A stretch of DNA of 64,000 nt, from the NCBI GenBank assembly GCA_032718475.1, contig JAUCBJ010007480.1:32214-96213 (forward strand), read 5' to 3'. Positions within the stretch are counted from its first letter, which is position 1, and the number at the start of each line of letters is the position of its first letter. The notes under the pieces were generated by a model, which saw only the letters and a program-made list of their open reading frames with translations, did no database searches and had not been told where the DNA came from. Positions 1-12,218 of this stretch are shown piece by piece. The DNA is from Nemertoderma westbladi. Taxonomy: Eukaryota; Animalia; Xenacoelomorpha. The position numbers and the translations under genes were made by a program.

Positions 1-883
1 TAATCAAATGGGGCATTAAAGCTACGAGTATATTTTCCTTTACATCCTCCCCCGATTTTACACAAATCTGGGTAAAAGGCAGTTGAAGGGCTATCATTCC
101 CAACATATGCGGTCCCCCCTTTAATGTTTCATTGTTCTATTCATAGTCGCCTTTAAGAATTTCTCGGGAAAATAAGGACGATCACTTTCAACCCATGCGG
201 CCCTCCCTTTCACGATTTCATTGAACTATCCATAGTATGAACAATCAAACCAAAGCCTTTGAATATCCTCGCGTCTTATCAGCGGCGCCATGGCTAACGG
301 CTTAATATCAATAGTGAAGCATCTAAAAGACGGAGTGTCTATGATAGGGCAGAACAGCGTACTTACAGCTTAGAGGTGGGCGCGCTGAAAACTTTGCTCG
401 CCATCAATACATACAAAGCATCGCCTGATGGAAAGAGTAATAGCGTGGATATTTTCATTTTGGTGAATATAATTTATAGCATTAATCACGAAAATCGCTA
501 AATAATATATTTTAACTAAAATCAACTCTGATAAACAACTTGCATATCGAGTTTGTAAAGAATTCATAGGGATTGGCTGTTTATTTAGGGGTTAACATTC
601 AAAATGATTATGAACGAGCAATAGGGTCATTAATGGTATGCTGAGACTCACTTACTTCATGGCTCGCTCTCATAGAATAGATTAACTAATAGAGAAAAAT
701 GAAAAATAACCGGTTAAACATCTCATATTTTTTAAACATTATGGGGAAACAAGAATAAATAATTTACCGACAACATCAATAATAAATAATTTACCAACAA
801 CATTAATAATAAATAATATAAGAACATCAACAATAACAAAAGATATAGTCAGAACAGTTTTTATTAAATAGAGACTGTTTATA

Positions 884-2596
884 TTAATAGGGTTGCTGGT
901 CTCCGAGAGTAACGTTTGGTTTAACCCTTTTAGGGTCCGATACTATTAATGGCTGCGATAATTTTCTCTTTAATAGTTTGTTGAGATAACCTTTTCTTGG
1001 GGGGTAAAATAGATTAAGGTGTGTTTGCTGCGGGAGAAAGATGCCTTCTCTGAGAGAACGTTTTAGTAATTCGAAAAGGCGCGCGATGGTAAAGTCGTTG
1101 GATAGAGTGATAGTGTTGGTATTTTTCGTATTGGTGAATATAATTTCTGTTGGTTTGTTCTCGATATGAATGTAAGGACTGAGGTAGTAGTGAGAGTTGG
1201 GTGGGTTGGTTATATTTATCGTGAGAAAATCGCTGCCCCTAATATTGAGACCGTTGGTGAACTGAAAAGTGGTATTCTCTTCGTCTTTCATTAAAATGGG
1301 CCAGATACCGACATATTTTTCGGATTTGAACTTATAGATAAAGGCTGCGATACTGCTATTTATGAGATAGCGCTGGTGATTGGGGATCGTAATCTGCTTC
1401 GGTTTGAAAGCAAATTGTATAGCCATAGCCTTGAATCTGATTAGAGCCTCGCGCGCTTGAATCGTGTTAGCTATAGTAAAGGATTTGTTAAATTTTCTCT
1501 CGGTTATCTGTAAATCAATTTCTGAATCACTGATACAACTTTGTATCGATATTCGCTCGGAAATGTTGTCTTTGTATACGTTAAGTTCATCGTAGCAGAC
1601 ACATTCACTATCCTCGATGGTTGAATCGAACCATTTCAATTCGCCGACCTCGGTTGGTGTAAGAAGAATCATGCCCCTAGAAGAAACAATAGCCTTTCCA
1701 TCGTCAACCTCGTAGCCATTGGTGATCGCTAAATTGCGCTCGTTCCGAATATTTGTAACAAACCCAAAAGTGCAATAGTCAAAAGCAACCCAATTACCCG
1801 GTTTTAGGACAAGGTGAGTAGTAGGATTAATAAAAGGGCGACAGATGTTTACATATTGTCGAAATAAATTGGCGCAGGCGACGGAAAATGTGATCCATGA
1901 ACTGTTTACAGTGTCTTCCAGCTTTATTAACTCGAGTGGTTTCACTGGGTTAATACTTCCATAGGTGCCAACTCTATAATTGAATCCAAAGTAATAGGAG
2001 ACTTTATTGGCGAAAAAGCATGTGAGCTCATTCAATTTCTCGCCGAAAGCGAGAACATCCTTGTCGAAAAGTTTAAAGAAACGAGTCTCCTCTTCCTCGG
2101 TCGGAGTCGACGAGTTCCAGATGAGAAGAAGAATCGAGTTTGCGATACTATGAAAATCGAATAAGCGATCATCGGAGAAGAAGGAGGTTACGAGAGTGGT
2201 TAAACCCAGTAAACGATTTGCCACATCTTGGTTGATGTTTTCTCGAATAAAATCGACTATGCTAGTTGGAATCGTAAACGTCTCGGGCGAAGTAGTTAGA
2301 TTGAACGTTATTTTGTTGTCCCTTTTTAAAAGTTTGAAACCGTGGTTGGAGGAATGAAGTTTATTATCGTCGAGGGTTTGATATTGTCCATCGTGAAGTT
2401 CGTAGCAGGCACGGAAAATAAAGTGCGCGTAGTTTGCCGGAATCGGGATGGGTTGGTTTAAGGTTGTATTTATCGTTAACGGGAAGAGTTTGTTCGCCGA
2501 ATCGAAATATAGACCAAACGAGTTGTCTTGTAGCATAAACTGATTTTCGTTGCAAACCAGATCGTTGCTTGAATAGCTGATTTCTGAATGTGCCAT
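884..2596 (-). CDS. Orphan 570-aa intronless ORF of unknown function (possibly viral or transposon cargo)
   Basis: Long ATG-initiated ORF with AATAAA just after the stop (plus-strand tttatt 860-865), an upstream TATA/CCAAT/CRE cluster and a basic C-terminal NLS-like motif (KRKL...PKRVK). No family motif recognised. Confidence 0.7.
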   Translation of the reverse strand: MAHSEISYSSNDLVCNENQFMLQDNSFGLYFDSANKLFPLTINTTLNQPIPIPANYAHFIFRACYELHDGQYQTLDDNKLHSSNHGFKLLKRDNKITFNLTTSPETFTIPTSIVDFIRENINQDVANRLLGLTTLVTSFFSDDRLFDFHSIANSILLLIWNSSTPTEEEETRFFKLFDKDVLAFGEKLNELTCFFANKVSYYFGFNYRVGTYGSINPVKPLELIKLEDTVNSSWITFSVACANLFRQYVNICRPFINPTTHLVLKPGNWVAFDYCTFGFVTNIRNERNLAITNGYEVDDGKAIVSSRGMILLTPTEVGELKWFDSTIEDSECVCYDELNVYKDNISERISIQSCISDSEIDLQITERKFNKSFTIANTIQAREALIRFKAMAIQFAFKPKQITIPNHQRYLINSSIAAFIYKFKSEKYVGIWPILMKDEENTTFQFTNGLNIRGSDFLTINITNPPNSHYYLSPYIHIENKPTEIIFTNTKNTNTITLSNDFTIARLFELLKRSLREGIFLPQQTHLNLFYPPRKGYLNKLLKRKLSQPLIVSDPKRVKPNVTLGDQQPY

Positions 2597-2689
2597 CGTG
2601 ATTGTGTACCGGTAACTCGTTTAGGAAATAAAAATAAATAAATACTTTTACGAAAATAATTAAAACTTTTCAGGAAAACAAAGAGACAA

Positions 2690-2820
2690 TGATTGGGAAT
2701 GTGGTGAACGGGGGCTATTATAGAGGGGGCTAGAATGGGTTAGCCAATCAGGGAACAGGAGGGAGAAAAGACTGTATAATTAAACCAATCAGAGAGCAGC
2801 TTTGATGACGTCACATCAGG
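2690..2820 (-). promoter_or_regulatory. Putative Pol II promoter of the orphan ORF
   Basis: TATA-like CTATAATAG on the minus strand (~2715-2723), CCAAT boxes (agccaatcag ~2742, aaccaatcag ~2783) and a CRE palindrome TGACGTCA within tgatgacgtcacatca (~2803-2818). Confidence 0.5.
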
Positions 2821-3144
2821 CGAGATAATGATTGCCCAATGTTATTCAATGGTAGCCAGAGTGGCGCCATTGAATAACGAAGACAAAGGGGCCGCGAGAG
2901 GAAAGATTATAAAGTTAACGATAAGGGATCTATAAACCATAGAGCTAAATATAGACATTATGTCATAGTGATCTCATTGGTAATATAAAAACTAATTAAT
3001 CTAAAAATAGAAATCAATGTATAAAGTAAAAGTAATACAATTAATTAATTTAAAATAAAGTACAAATGAATAAATAAAGTAAAATAGAATACAAATAATT
3101 AATTAAAATTAAAAATAAATAAATAGGTATTAATGAATAAAAGA

Positions 3145-3446
3145 GCCGCGGTGTCACTTATGACACCCTCTTGAGCCGGCTCTGTGACACTTGGACAACA
3201 CTGATGACCCATTGTGTGTCAGGGCGCTAATCAGTCTGATTAATTAGGATAATCAATTAAACCCTAATATGACACCTGTTAGGGTTTATTGTACTAATTA
3301 ATTGATGACACCTTTCAATTAGGGTCTAATTAGCCTAATTGGGAGGTGTCACCCAGACAGTCTGGCGCCAATGACACCCAATGACACCCATAGGGTGATA
3401 ATTGGTTAACTTTAAAATTAACGGAGCTTCGTGTCGCCCGCCCCTG
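3145..3446 (-). mobile_element. Possible DNA-transposon terminus with subterminal TGACAC(C) repeats
   Basis: About 9 copies of TGACAC/GTGTCA in both orientations, ending at ...cgcccgcccctg (minus strand reads CAGGGGCGGG, resembling hAT-type termini). No partner end in the window. Confidence 0.3.
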
Positions 3447-4170
3447 GGCTGCTGCTCTACGATTGGCTGTTGCCTTGTTAATTAATCGCCTATTTTCCTG
3501 ATTAATCCCTGTCTCACTATGTATGGGCAAAGGCTTGTGGTTAGTAAGCCGATGCCTATAGTAGGTTGTTATATGCACTATACCAATAAATATATACATG
3601 AAACAATAGGTTTAACATTTAGTACAAATTGATAGCTTGCGCGGCCATCTAACTGTCCAATTTGGCTCCTTTGGCAAGGCTCCCGAAATTGATTTCCCAT
3701 TTTGGTTACTAACTGTTTGAGGCGACATATTGGTTTTCTGGGTGATGAAGTGCCTAAGGGATCGCTCCTGTAACAGTGTGAGCGCATTTTTTAAATGTCT
3801 AATGTTTAGTATTGCCATTAGTAGTCTTTTGTAGCCTAACAACCATAAATTTTTTGTTCAAGTGAATTTTCCAGTATAAAACTACTTTTTCACTATGACT
3901 CGAAAGAACTTGGTGTTCAGGTGACGGGAGAGGTCTGATTTCCAGATGGCATCCATTTTTGAGATGGCATCCATTTTTGATAGAGCTACCCACACCTACA
4001 TATCGTTACGAAACGTAAATACTATTATAAATACTAATAATATCCATCATACTACAGTATATAGACAAAGACTACAAAGTTTTCTAAAATTCAATAATTC
4101 AAAATTCCAACATTAAGGTTGATTAAATAGATTACTATTCAGTCATATACTCATATATCATTCCATGTTA

Positions 4171-5660
4171 TTAGATCCTGCGTTTAAACACTACTCGATA
4201 GCTTGACGGTCTTCTTGTAATTCCACCCGCCACCTCCCCATGTTGTGGTAGTTTATCATCGCTGGGTGGCAATATCTCGAATGTATGCAGAAGAAATCCG
4301 TATATGATTCTCATTTCAACTTTAGACAATGATTCACCGATACAGATCCGAGGACCAATTCCAAAAGGCATAAAACATTCTGGGATTACCAACTTATAAT
4401 CGTCATCAAGAAAATGATGAGGGCAAAATTCATCGGGTTTCTCCCAAACGTCTGGATCGCGAGAAATCGCCCACAGGTTGGCGACTAGAACAGAATCACG
4501 AGGTAGATTGTACGACTGGAAAACAGTGTCGCATTCCAGTCTGTGAGGTGCGGTAAGGGGTGCAATACACCCAAACCTTAGCACCTCGCACAGTACGGCT
4601 TCCAAATACGGTAATTCCCGGAATATATCATTGCTTGGCAGACCATTTCGACCAACTTTGCTCTCCAGTAAATCCTGGCATTTTTTCTGAATGGCTGGAT
4701 TCTTAGCCATAATTAAAACGAACCAATAAACAGCATTAGATGTGGTATCAGAGCCCGCAATAAACAAATCCCTAATAACTAACATAATGTTATCATCATT
4801 GACATATTTCAAATCCTCGGATTTTGCATTAGATGAAACATGCTTCATATAGGAGTCAATTAAATTCGTATCTTCGTTGTCGTAATTGAATGCAGCTCGA
4901 TGTGAAGCAATTTCTTTCCGCATAAGATTTTTCATTTTGATTTCGGCTCTATGATATTTGTTGCTAACTGTACCTGGTATCCAATACGGAAGTATCGGCT
5001 GCTTAGAAGGACCAGCAGTTCGCATTATTATCTCATTGGATTCCATAAACTCACAGAAATATGGATCACCTGTATCAAATCGTTTGCCAAAAATAAAAGT
5101 ACAAATGACATTAAAGATGGTCACGCAAATAGCTTTGTGTGGATCGTAATCTTCGTGTTCATGACTGAGCAACTCATCACAAAGATGATTCGCTTCGTTG
5201 ATTACTCGCTGTTCTATTCTACTGCTGCCAATTCCAAAGTTGCGAAAAACTCGAGTGACCAGACGTCGCATCACAGCCCAAGATTTCCCATCATTGAAAA
5301 CCAAGCCAGTTTTATTGGATGGTCTATCAGTTTTGTTTATTACTGGTCTTCCTGAGAAAATCTTGGAATTTTCAACAAAGGCTTCTTTGACCAAAGCGTA
5401 ATTGTTTAACACAAAGAGATGCTTGGGACCAAGTTTTATGGTTATAAAGCCACTTCGTAATTCTTTGGACCAGTTAGTGAGTGTCTGAGGAAATGTATAG
5501 GAATCGAGTAAAGATAGAAGATTTCCCAAGAGAGGTAGACCCCTATGAGACGGGGGTAACTTATCATCGCGATGGTTACAGTATGATAATAGAAGTAAAT
5601 ATAGACTCCCAGAAATACAGTCACGAATAAAACAATCGACAAGATATCAACCTCAACCAT
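4171..5660 (-). CDS. Cytochrome P450, clan 2 (CYP2-like), intronless; one apparent 1-nt frameshift near 5608-5610
   Basis: N-terminal TM anchor MVEVDILSIVLFVTVFLG; hinge KLPPSHRGLPLLGNLL; WxxxR (WAVMRR); I-helix AGSDTT; ExxR (EVLR); FCPHHFLD; haem motif FGIGPRICIG. Adding one G to the GGG run joins ORFs 5442..5660 and 4171..5529. Confidence 0.92.
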
Positions 5661-5828
5661 ATTTTTGTATATAATTATTTCACTTTAATAATTTATGTTA
5701 ATAACAGAAATCAAATATCGATTGTAGCAAATAACTTCCCACCTTTTTTTGACCTTCCAGACCACTACAGACCCCAAACATAAGAGTTGTTTATGTTACT
5801 AATTTGAGGGGGGGGGGGGGGGGGGGAC

Positions 5829-5955
5829 TTGACGCGAATCCCATCTCGGCGAAATAATATTTCGTCTCAATGTTAAATTACAATGAGCAGGTTACAGTGG
5901 CACGTTATTCTAACCAAAACAATAAACGAAAGTCAATAGAACAGGTTACAGGTTT
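5829..5955 (+). repeat. Dispersed repeat (TCTAACCAAAACAATAAACG family)
   Basis: Inverted copy at ~36283-36420; partial copies at ~57680, ~57753 and ~63499. Confidence 0.55.
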
Positions 5956-6029
5956 ATTTTTTAAGAGTAATCAGCTGTTATTAGTATCGATTTTCCACGA
6001 GGTAGGGATAAATTTTGATTGTGTCGGAA

Positions 6030-6650
6030 TTCCCCACCCCCCCATACTTTTTCAAATTTCAATAACATGCCTGAAAATGAAGATAGACAACTTTTCTTAC
6101 TTCTGGCAGAGCAGGATTTTTAAATTTCTGAGCTATTTCGATACTGTGACGGGATCCAACGGAGTTGGCAGTATGGATCCCGACCGGTGTGTGTGTTATA
6201 CGCGTCGCCGCTTTTGCTTGCTTCTGCTTGCTTCTGCTTGCTTTTGCTTGAGCTATTTCGATTCGATACGGTACAAAATGCAATTAAATAATGTCTTTTT
6301 TATCAATATTTAACAACCTCAGTTGGCTTTATTTTTTGTCTTTTTAACACGTTAGTATTTTAATAATATCTTTGGCAATTTTTGGTGAAATTTAAAACGG
6401 TTTTCAGATTCGGAATCTGCAGATGAAGGCTGTTCTAATGATATCTAAATTGCATAAGAAAGACGACAAATAAGGACGACGGAGGTGGCTAAAAATTGCC
6501 AAATAGAAGATATTTAACGGCTTGTTGTATCGAAATAGATCAGAAATTACAAATTCCGGATCTGCCAGCAGTAAGAAATGTCACCGAACTATCATCACAC
6601 TAAATACATTTTGTAGCTTTTGAGATTGAAATTTGAAAATATTTTGGGGG
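6030..6650. mobile_element. Degenerate MITE / foldback element
   Basis: ~6030-6145 (tggcagagcagg...aaatttctgagctatttcgatac) is an imperfect inverted repeat of ~6525-6650 (gtatcgaaatagatcagaaatt...ctgcca). Confidence 0.45.
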
Positions 6651-7097
6651 CGAGACTCCGACTTGCTAAAAACGGTTATTGTATTAAGGGAGATGGTGTT
6701 TAATGGGAGATGGAATTAAATGGTAAATAATTATACTATTAATATTAACATTTAACACAGGTACTGTATTTAAATATGCCCTACTATAATTCAATGGATT
6801 ATAGATTCGAATAAGGCGCTCACATTGTTAAAAATGCTTGTACAAATACGGCACCTAATCTATAATATATATTTTCAGTAAATAAATAATACTGTACAAT
6901 ATCAGTACTTTATGATAAAAAATTGTATTTTGAACTCTGACGTAATTCAATAATAAAACAAAGTAGTCCAATAAAGATACCAAATAGAATCAATAATGCT
7001 AGAATATCCCGTAGTATTTGCCAAATATTTACTCTCATCCTTTGGGCATATAGCTGAGTCCATGTGTTTGTACTCTGAACAGTAGGCCTAGGCCTAC

Positions 7098-7290
7098 ACT
7101 GCCTTAGTGGAAAGTGTAACTTTTATACGGGGATGAAACCTGGAATCTGACAAAATCACTTTAACAAAGAATTGATGGTTGTTACAAGACTGCTGACTAC
7201 TAAAGGCAGACATAAAGATGAGCTGGAGACAACACATGACAAATGGCGTTCTTTATGGTAGGCCTTCAATACCACTTGTATCAACTACAA
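7098..7290 (+). pseudogene. Degenerate 3' fragment of an RTE-type LINE
   Basis: Translates with breaks to LVESV..LYGDETWNLTKSL*QRIDGCY..RLL..MSWRQHMTNGVLYG, the post-RT domain of RTE-like elements. Homologous to LLYGSPCWALT..LDGTFTRML..HISNQTLY in the 41760 ORF. Confidence 0.6.
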
Positions 7291-8014
7291 TTCTTGCTAT
7301 GTCATTTTTAACATAATCACTACCATTGAAAAATGTCGGAATAAGACAAGTGACGAAAATTCAACATTTATTAAAAGCTATTGATGATAAAATCTTGAAG
7401 TTTTAAAAATTTTAGATTTGACCTACAGAATTATGTGAGTCCGCAACGAAAAGTAATTAAAGTTTTAATTTGGAGTACCTACACCCCGTATGCATATTAC
7501 ACAGACAATTATTTCCTTTGAGTTTACAACCAATCAAATCCATCCTTTAGGTCTCTACAGTATGTTCTGTATTGCAGCTGAAACGTTTAAGAACAGCGTT
7601 ACGGACTCCCACATTTTCGTTAACGGACTCACCATGCGGTAGGTTTAGGTATGAATCATTATGCTTTGTATACATTATTCACTATGTAAACTGAAAGTAT
7701 TTAACTCATTTTAGTCTGACAAGTGTCCATCGACAGTACATTCGAAGTATTCATTCATACATTATCCTACTGTAGGCCTAGGTACGACATTCTGCATTGC
7801 GCCCGTTTAATCCTGTCTGATTCGGCTAATAACGGCATATCATCACGGATGACATAAATTACTGACAAAGGATGGTATAGTATGATATCCGCGAAGTCGG
7901 CCAAAATTTTCATGAAACAAGTGAGTAAGTGATGGATTGTGATACAATAAAATTTTGTTCGACCGTTAGGCCAGAGATTACACACAAAGTCTCAATAATT
8001 ATTTTCAGACCTAC

Positions 8015-9205
8015 TGTTCGCGCTTTCAGACCTTTGGCAGTTTAACCCGCCAAATTAAGATGTCTTCTAGATATTAAATCGCTTTTTAGCCTATGACAAG
8101 TATTTGATTCACTACACTAGTCGAAACCAATCCGTGCGCGACCATTCACCCGCTGGATATTCCCGGGAGATTGGGTTCGACGGTTTAATTTTATTGCTAT
8201 GTAAGCCTAATGTATTATTCGACTGACAGTATTATATAATCTCTGACAATATTATTCACCTTCGGGAATATTAACAGTTCCTTTAGGACGTGGCGCTTTA
8301 TCTATATAAACAGAGTTATGACTTAAACTACTCACAACGATATGGCTTAATTATAATTCACATATATGGCGCATTCTTTAGGAATGCTTCTTTAACAGAC
8401 TCACTCATACGCAATGCTGCACAATACTGCACACTAATCTGCCAATCTTCACTGATTTTAGTCACATATAAAAGGAACACAGACTGACTCATGTAGGGTC
8501 TATCAAATAACATTAGATTCACTTCAAACCACTTTAACATAAGTCACAATCGTTATTGGTAACCTTTCTCTCTTACCTTCGGTATATCAAGAATATTGGG
8601 TATCGGGGTTATTTCTCGTTATTCCAATATAATAATTCATCAACAAATATAATGAATAACCGACAACAAATAGCAGTATACAGTATGATTGAGCAGGTAA
8701 TTTTGCAGTTTCGCAGTTATTAAAAGCCGTGTGGCAGCAGTTGCTGTCGCCAGTTAAAGGATATATGTCCTTATAATTAAACCTACTAGTGTTGAGCTAA
8801 AAAGCAGAAAGCACAAAACACTAAAAAGCCGTTCTTTCGTGGCTTTGAAAAACTCGTGACTACTGCTCTATACGAGGATACCAACTCCCTTATTCCACGA
8901 AGCTCCCGTTCAACACAGAGAAAGAGCAGTGAGATAGGAAATTTTCAGTTCAGTAGCCTGTGATAGGTCAAAATCAAGGCTAACTCAAATTCTATTGGGA
9001 GATACAAAAACAAGGCTATGACGCAACCTCCCTAGGCTTGTTGGCCGATTAAACAGAGCCCAGATGCCTGCGTACAGCAAATCAGCCAATAAGCTGGTAA
9101 CTTGCACTATTTTTAGCTGTAGATCACTTTGAGAGTATTCTTAGCGACTGGGGGGGAACTGGCCAACAAGGCAAACGAATCAGTTATCCCACAAAAGCTT
9201 TTACA
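8015..9205 (-). repeat. 3' LTR of element 1
   Basis: tgttcgcgc...gcttttaca; nearly identical to 20140-21332. Confidence 0.95.
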
Positions 9206-9216
9206 CCGCTCCCAGA
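9206..9216 (-). promoter_or_regulatory. Polypurine tract (plus-strand primer) of element 1
   Basis: Sense strand reads TCTGGGAGCGG directly before the LTR TG; identical at 44936-44946 in element 2. Confidence 0.6.
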
Positions 9217-9283
9217 AAATGGGATTTAAGTCTATAAAATATACAAAATCACAGTTTCTAAAATATAAAAATACTCTAAACAG

Positions 9284-11000
9284 TTAGTCTTTCTTGCGCG
9301 GACGGCGTTTACGCAGTTTCTTGAGGCTAGCAAGAGTCCTTTTCTCTTTGGGGGGAGCCACTTTACTAGGAGGGCCATAACTCCTGGGTGAAGGGTGCAA
9401 TATGATTGCATCAGAAGGTGTAGATTTATGGTCGAGGTATCTGCCGTTTCAATATGCTTCTCCTCGAGCTGATTTTCCTCCGCTCGTAGCTGGATACGTT
9501 CATCCAAAAACTCTCGCAGAGAATAGGATCGTCCAAGTTCGATAACTTCTTAGAGATTCTGGATTTCCCAATCGAATTGAGATAAGGCCAATTCGTTTAT
9601 CGATTGGACTTACTGTTATAACTTACGTTTATCTGAACAAACGCAGGTTTCTTTTTTGATCTTTATAGAATAGCGTTTAACTCGTTTCGTACAACGCTCT
9701 CCTTCACCTTGATGAGGGGTTGTATCGCGTTAAACGGGGACGACCATACGGTTGGATAGTGATATTAGGTGTCCGCGTCACAATCCGGCTAGGTAAGATG
9801 GGCGGCTAGCTAGAAATCACTGTCGGAGTGTTACCGATTAATTGTTAGGGTAGCACTAGATCTTTGAACAGTGAATACAGTCCGCGAGGATCCGCGACAC
9901 CACCAGGATCGCAGGTCTGAGGTCCAACTAAGGAATGAGGAGGTTTGACCGAGTATTCCGGGACTCTGATCGTAGGTTTACTCCAGGATCGTTCGAGCCG
10001 AGTGAGCATAGGTGATACGTCAACAAGTTTCGGTTTACGTGGATGTTTATGTCTTTCCGTTTATTAGTTGGGTCTAGGGCATTTATCGTAATAATACCAA
10101 AGACGCACGTCTGGTAGGGTAAACGCGGGTGATATTTATTTGTTGTTACAATGCTTCTATCAAGAATTCCAAATATACGTTGGAGTTACCGCGTCCATTT
10201 GTTTCTTTAGTGTCTTTTCTTTCGAGTCGATTTCGAATAGAATTTTCGCATTCGAATTTCAGTTTATGGTTCCGACTCCGCTGGGCAGGATATATAGTCG
10301 ACATAGTCCGTATTGTGTAAATCGATAGGATGACCAGTAGTTAAGAAGCCCATATACGTACCATTACGCTGCGTATATCGAGCAGCGAATTTTCTATAGT
10401 CCAACTCGCGCGAGCTGCTCTTGGGACATTGGCGGTTCGATATAACGACCATCGTCCTCCGCAGCAGTTGGACTAACGTCGCCGCGTATTAAGCTATCAA
10501 CAAACGCTTGTAAAAGTAGAGTATATCGCTCCCCGATACCAAGACCATCTTCTATCAACTCCGTCATATCTGCTATATATGAGTTTATCCATATTATAAT
10601 GAGTCTACATTTAGGCGAGCGGGCGTCGCTGCCTACCCCAATCAACCCCCGGACAGTACGAGATCCTCAGCGCCGATGTGTCGTCGCCGCTGTACTTTCG
10701 CCAACGACGTAGCCGCACAACGACAACGACAACCGGCACAAGTCACTCAACTGTCCGTCCCAAAGGCTTAGATGTACTTCAGGTTTTCCTTGGAGAGTTA
10801 GGTTACTTTTACGATTGCGACTAGCTACTGTAAACACACCTTAGCAGTAACATTCACCTATAAACTCACAAATACCACGCACACAACTTGTCACAAATTA
10901 CACACATTCGGGCCATTTGTCCGTTAGTCAATGCCTTCCAGAATGTCACTGTATTATTATGTATCCTTGGATACTAGCAGTGCGCTATTTATTCCCTATG
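9284..11000 (-). pseudogene. Decayed second ORF in the env position of element 1
   Basis: Fragments YPRIHNNTVTFWKALTNG, LWDGQLSDLCRL, MTELIEDGLG...AFVDSLIRG, IKVKESVVRNELNAI and TLASLKKLRKRRPRKKD* align with element 2, with many third-position differences; stops and frameshifts present. Confidence 0.55.
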
Positions 11001-12218
11001 CTATTCAATGGGACAAGCTTTCTATTGTTCTTTTAACTCAATTCTAATTCTAGCGTGGTTGTTGCTATGGTGACATTATGCAAAGCTAGCGGTAGAATTA
11101 GTGTAATTCCAATGCATACAGATCTGGGATGTTATTTAATAGTATTCTTTAATAGTCAATGTTCTGTTTTATACATGACTTTATGAATTTTATCGGCTAT
11201 TAACTATGTTTGGGAGACTTTCGTACACGCATACGCATAATAATATAAATCTCCGCTCCCTTGATCTATTAATTAATGGAATTTTGGGAATGTTATAAAT
11301 CGCGTAAAATGGCAATTTATTAAATTCATTAAAAGACATGAATTTAAATTTATTCCCTGAAATTTTATTATTTGATAATTAAATGGGCATATTTTGATTC
11401 TAGAACATGTCTAGGGACACAAGATCCTTAATTCTAAGAAAATTGTCTCTTTAAGAATATCGGTAAATGCTACGATATCTTAATTGACTAGAATTGTTGA
11501 AGGATCTGAATTTTACAGATTTTGACTTATTTGATTTGTAAATATTAACTAATTAATATTTGAGATGGGCACCGATTTATTCCAGAACTTGTCTGGGGAC
11601 GTTAACCACTGATTCTATAATTTGTCTTTCAAGTATATCGGTGGGTGCCACGATATCTTAATCGACTAGAATTACAGATGGTCAAAGGGTTTAACAGATT
11701 TATTTTGCGTTATACGCTACTGTTAAAGGGACATCACGCTACTATATGTATTATTTAATATACGGTATGAGAGCAATATCGCACGAAGCAATGTCAGTGT
11801 GAAGAGGCAAGTCGTTTCCAAGGTCTACCCAGAGCTTGGTTTAGCCGAGACACGAGGATCTGAACTTTGCATTCCTAATACTCTGCCTACCAATAATACT
11901 TAAATATAGTAGTGGCTTTATTGTACTTTAATAAGTACGGACATTTCATCTTACTGTAGTTACGTATTTATAATATAATACGGACAGTAAGGAAAGAGAA
12001 AAATAATTATTTCTTCGCCGTCTCAATAAATATAATATAAGTAATTACGTACGTAATAAACACAAATATATTGCACTATTCTACAAAATAATCGCTAAAT
12101 AATATTCTACTAAATTAAATAAAACGATTATAATAAAATTACATAGTAATACATACATAAATATAAAAATAATAATATAATATAAAATAATCGAGTCACA
12201 TGCCCACTCCGAACGATA

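Noticed and set aside
5600-5615. Programmed ribosomal frameshift in the P450
   Set aside because: No slippery heptamer or downstream structure; a homopolymer indel is simpler.
5808-5826. Poly-G/poly-C runs (also ~27010, ~36420, ~36590, ~39825) as functional G-quadruplexes
   Set aside because: They are associated with repeat ends and nothing supports a specific function.
8015-9205. Hammerhead or other known ribozyme in the structured LTR/leader
   Set aside because: I found no CUGANGA/GAAA core or other recognisable ribozyme consensus by eye; an Infernal search would be needed to exclude it.
9232-9507. 91-aa ORF (and its twin 44962..45237) as the real accessory protein
   Set aside because: Differences between the copies are mostly synonymous in the overlapping frame ending KKLRKRRPRKKD, not in this one.
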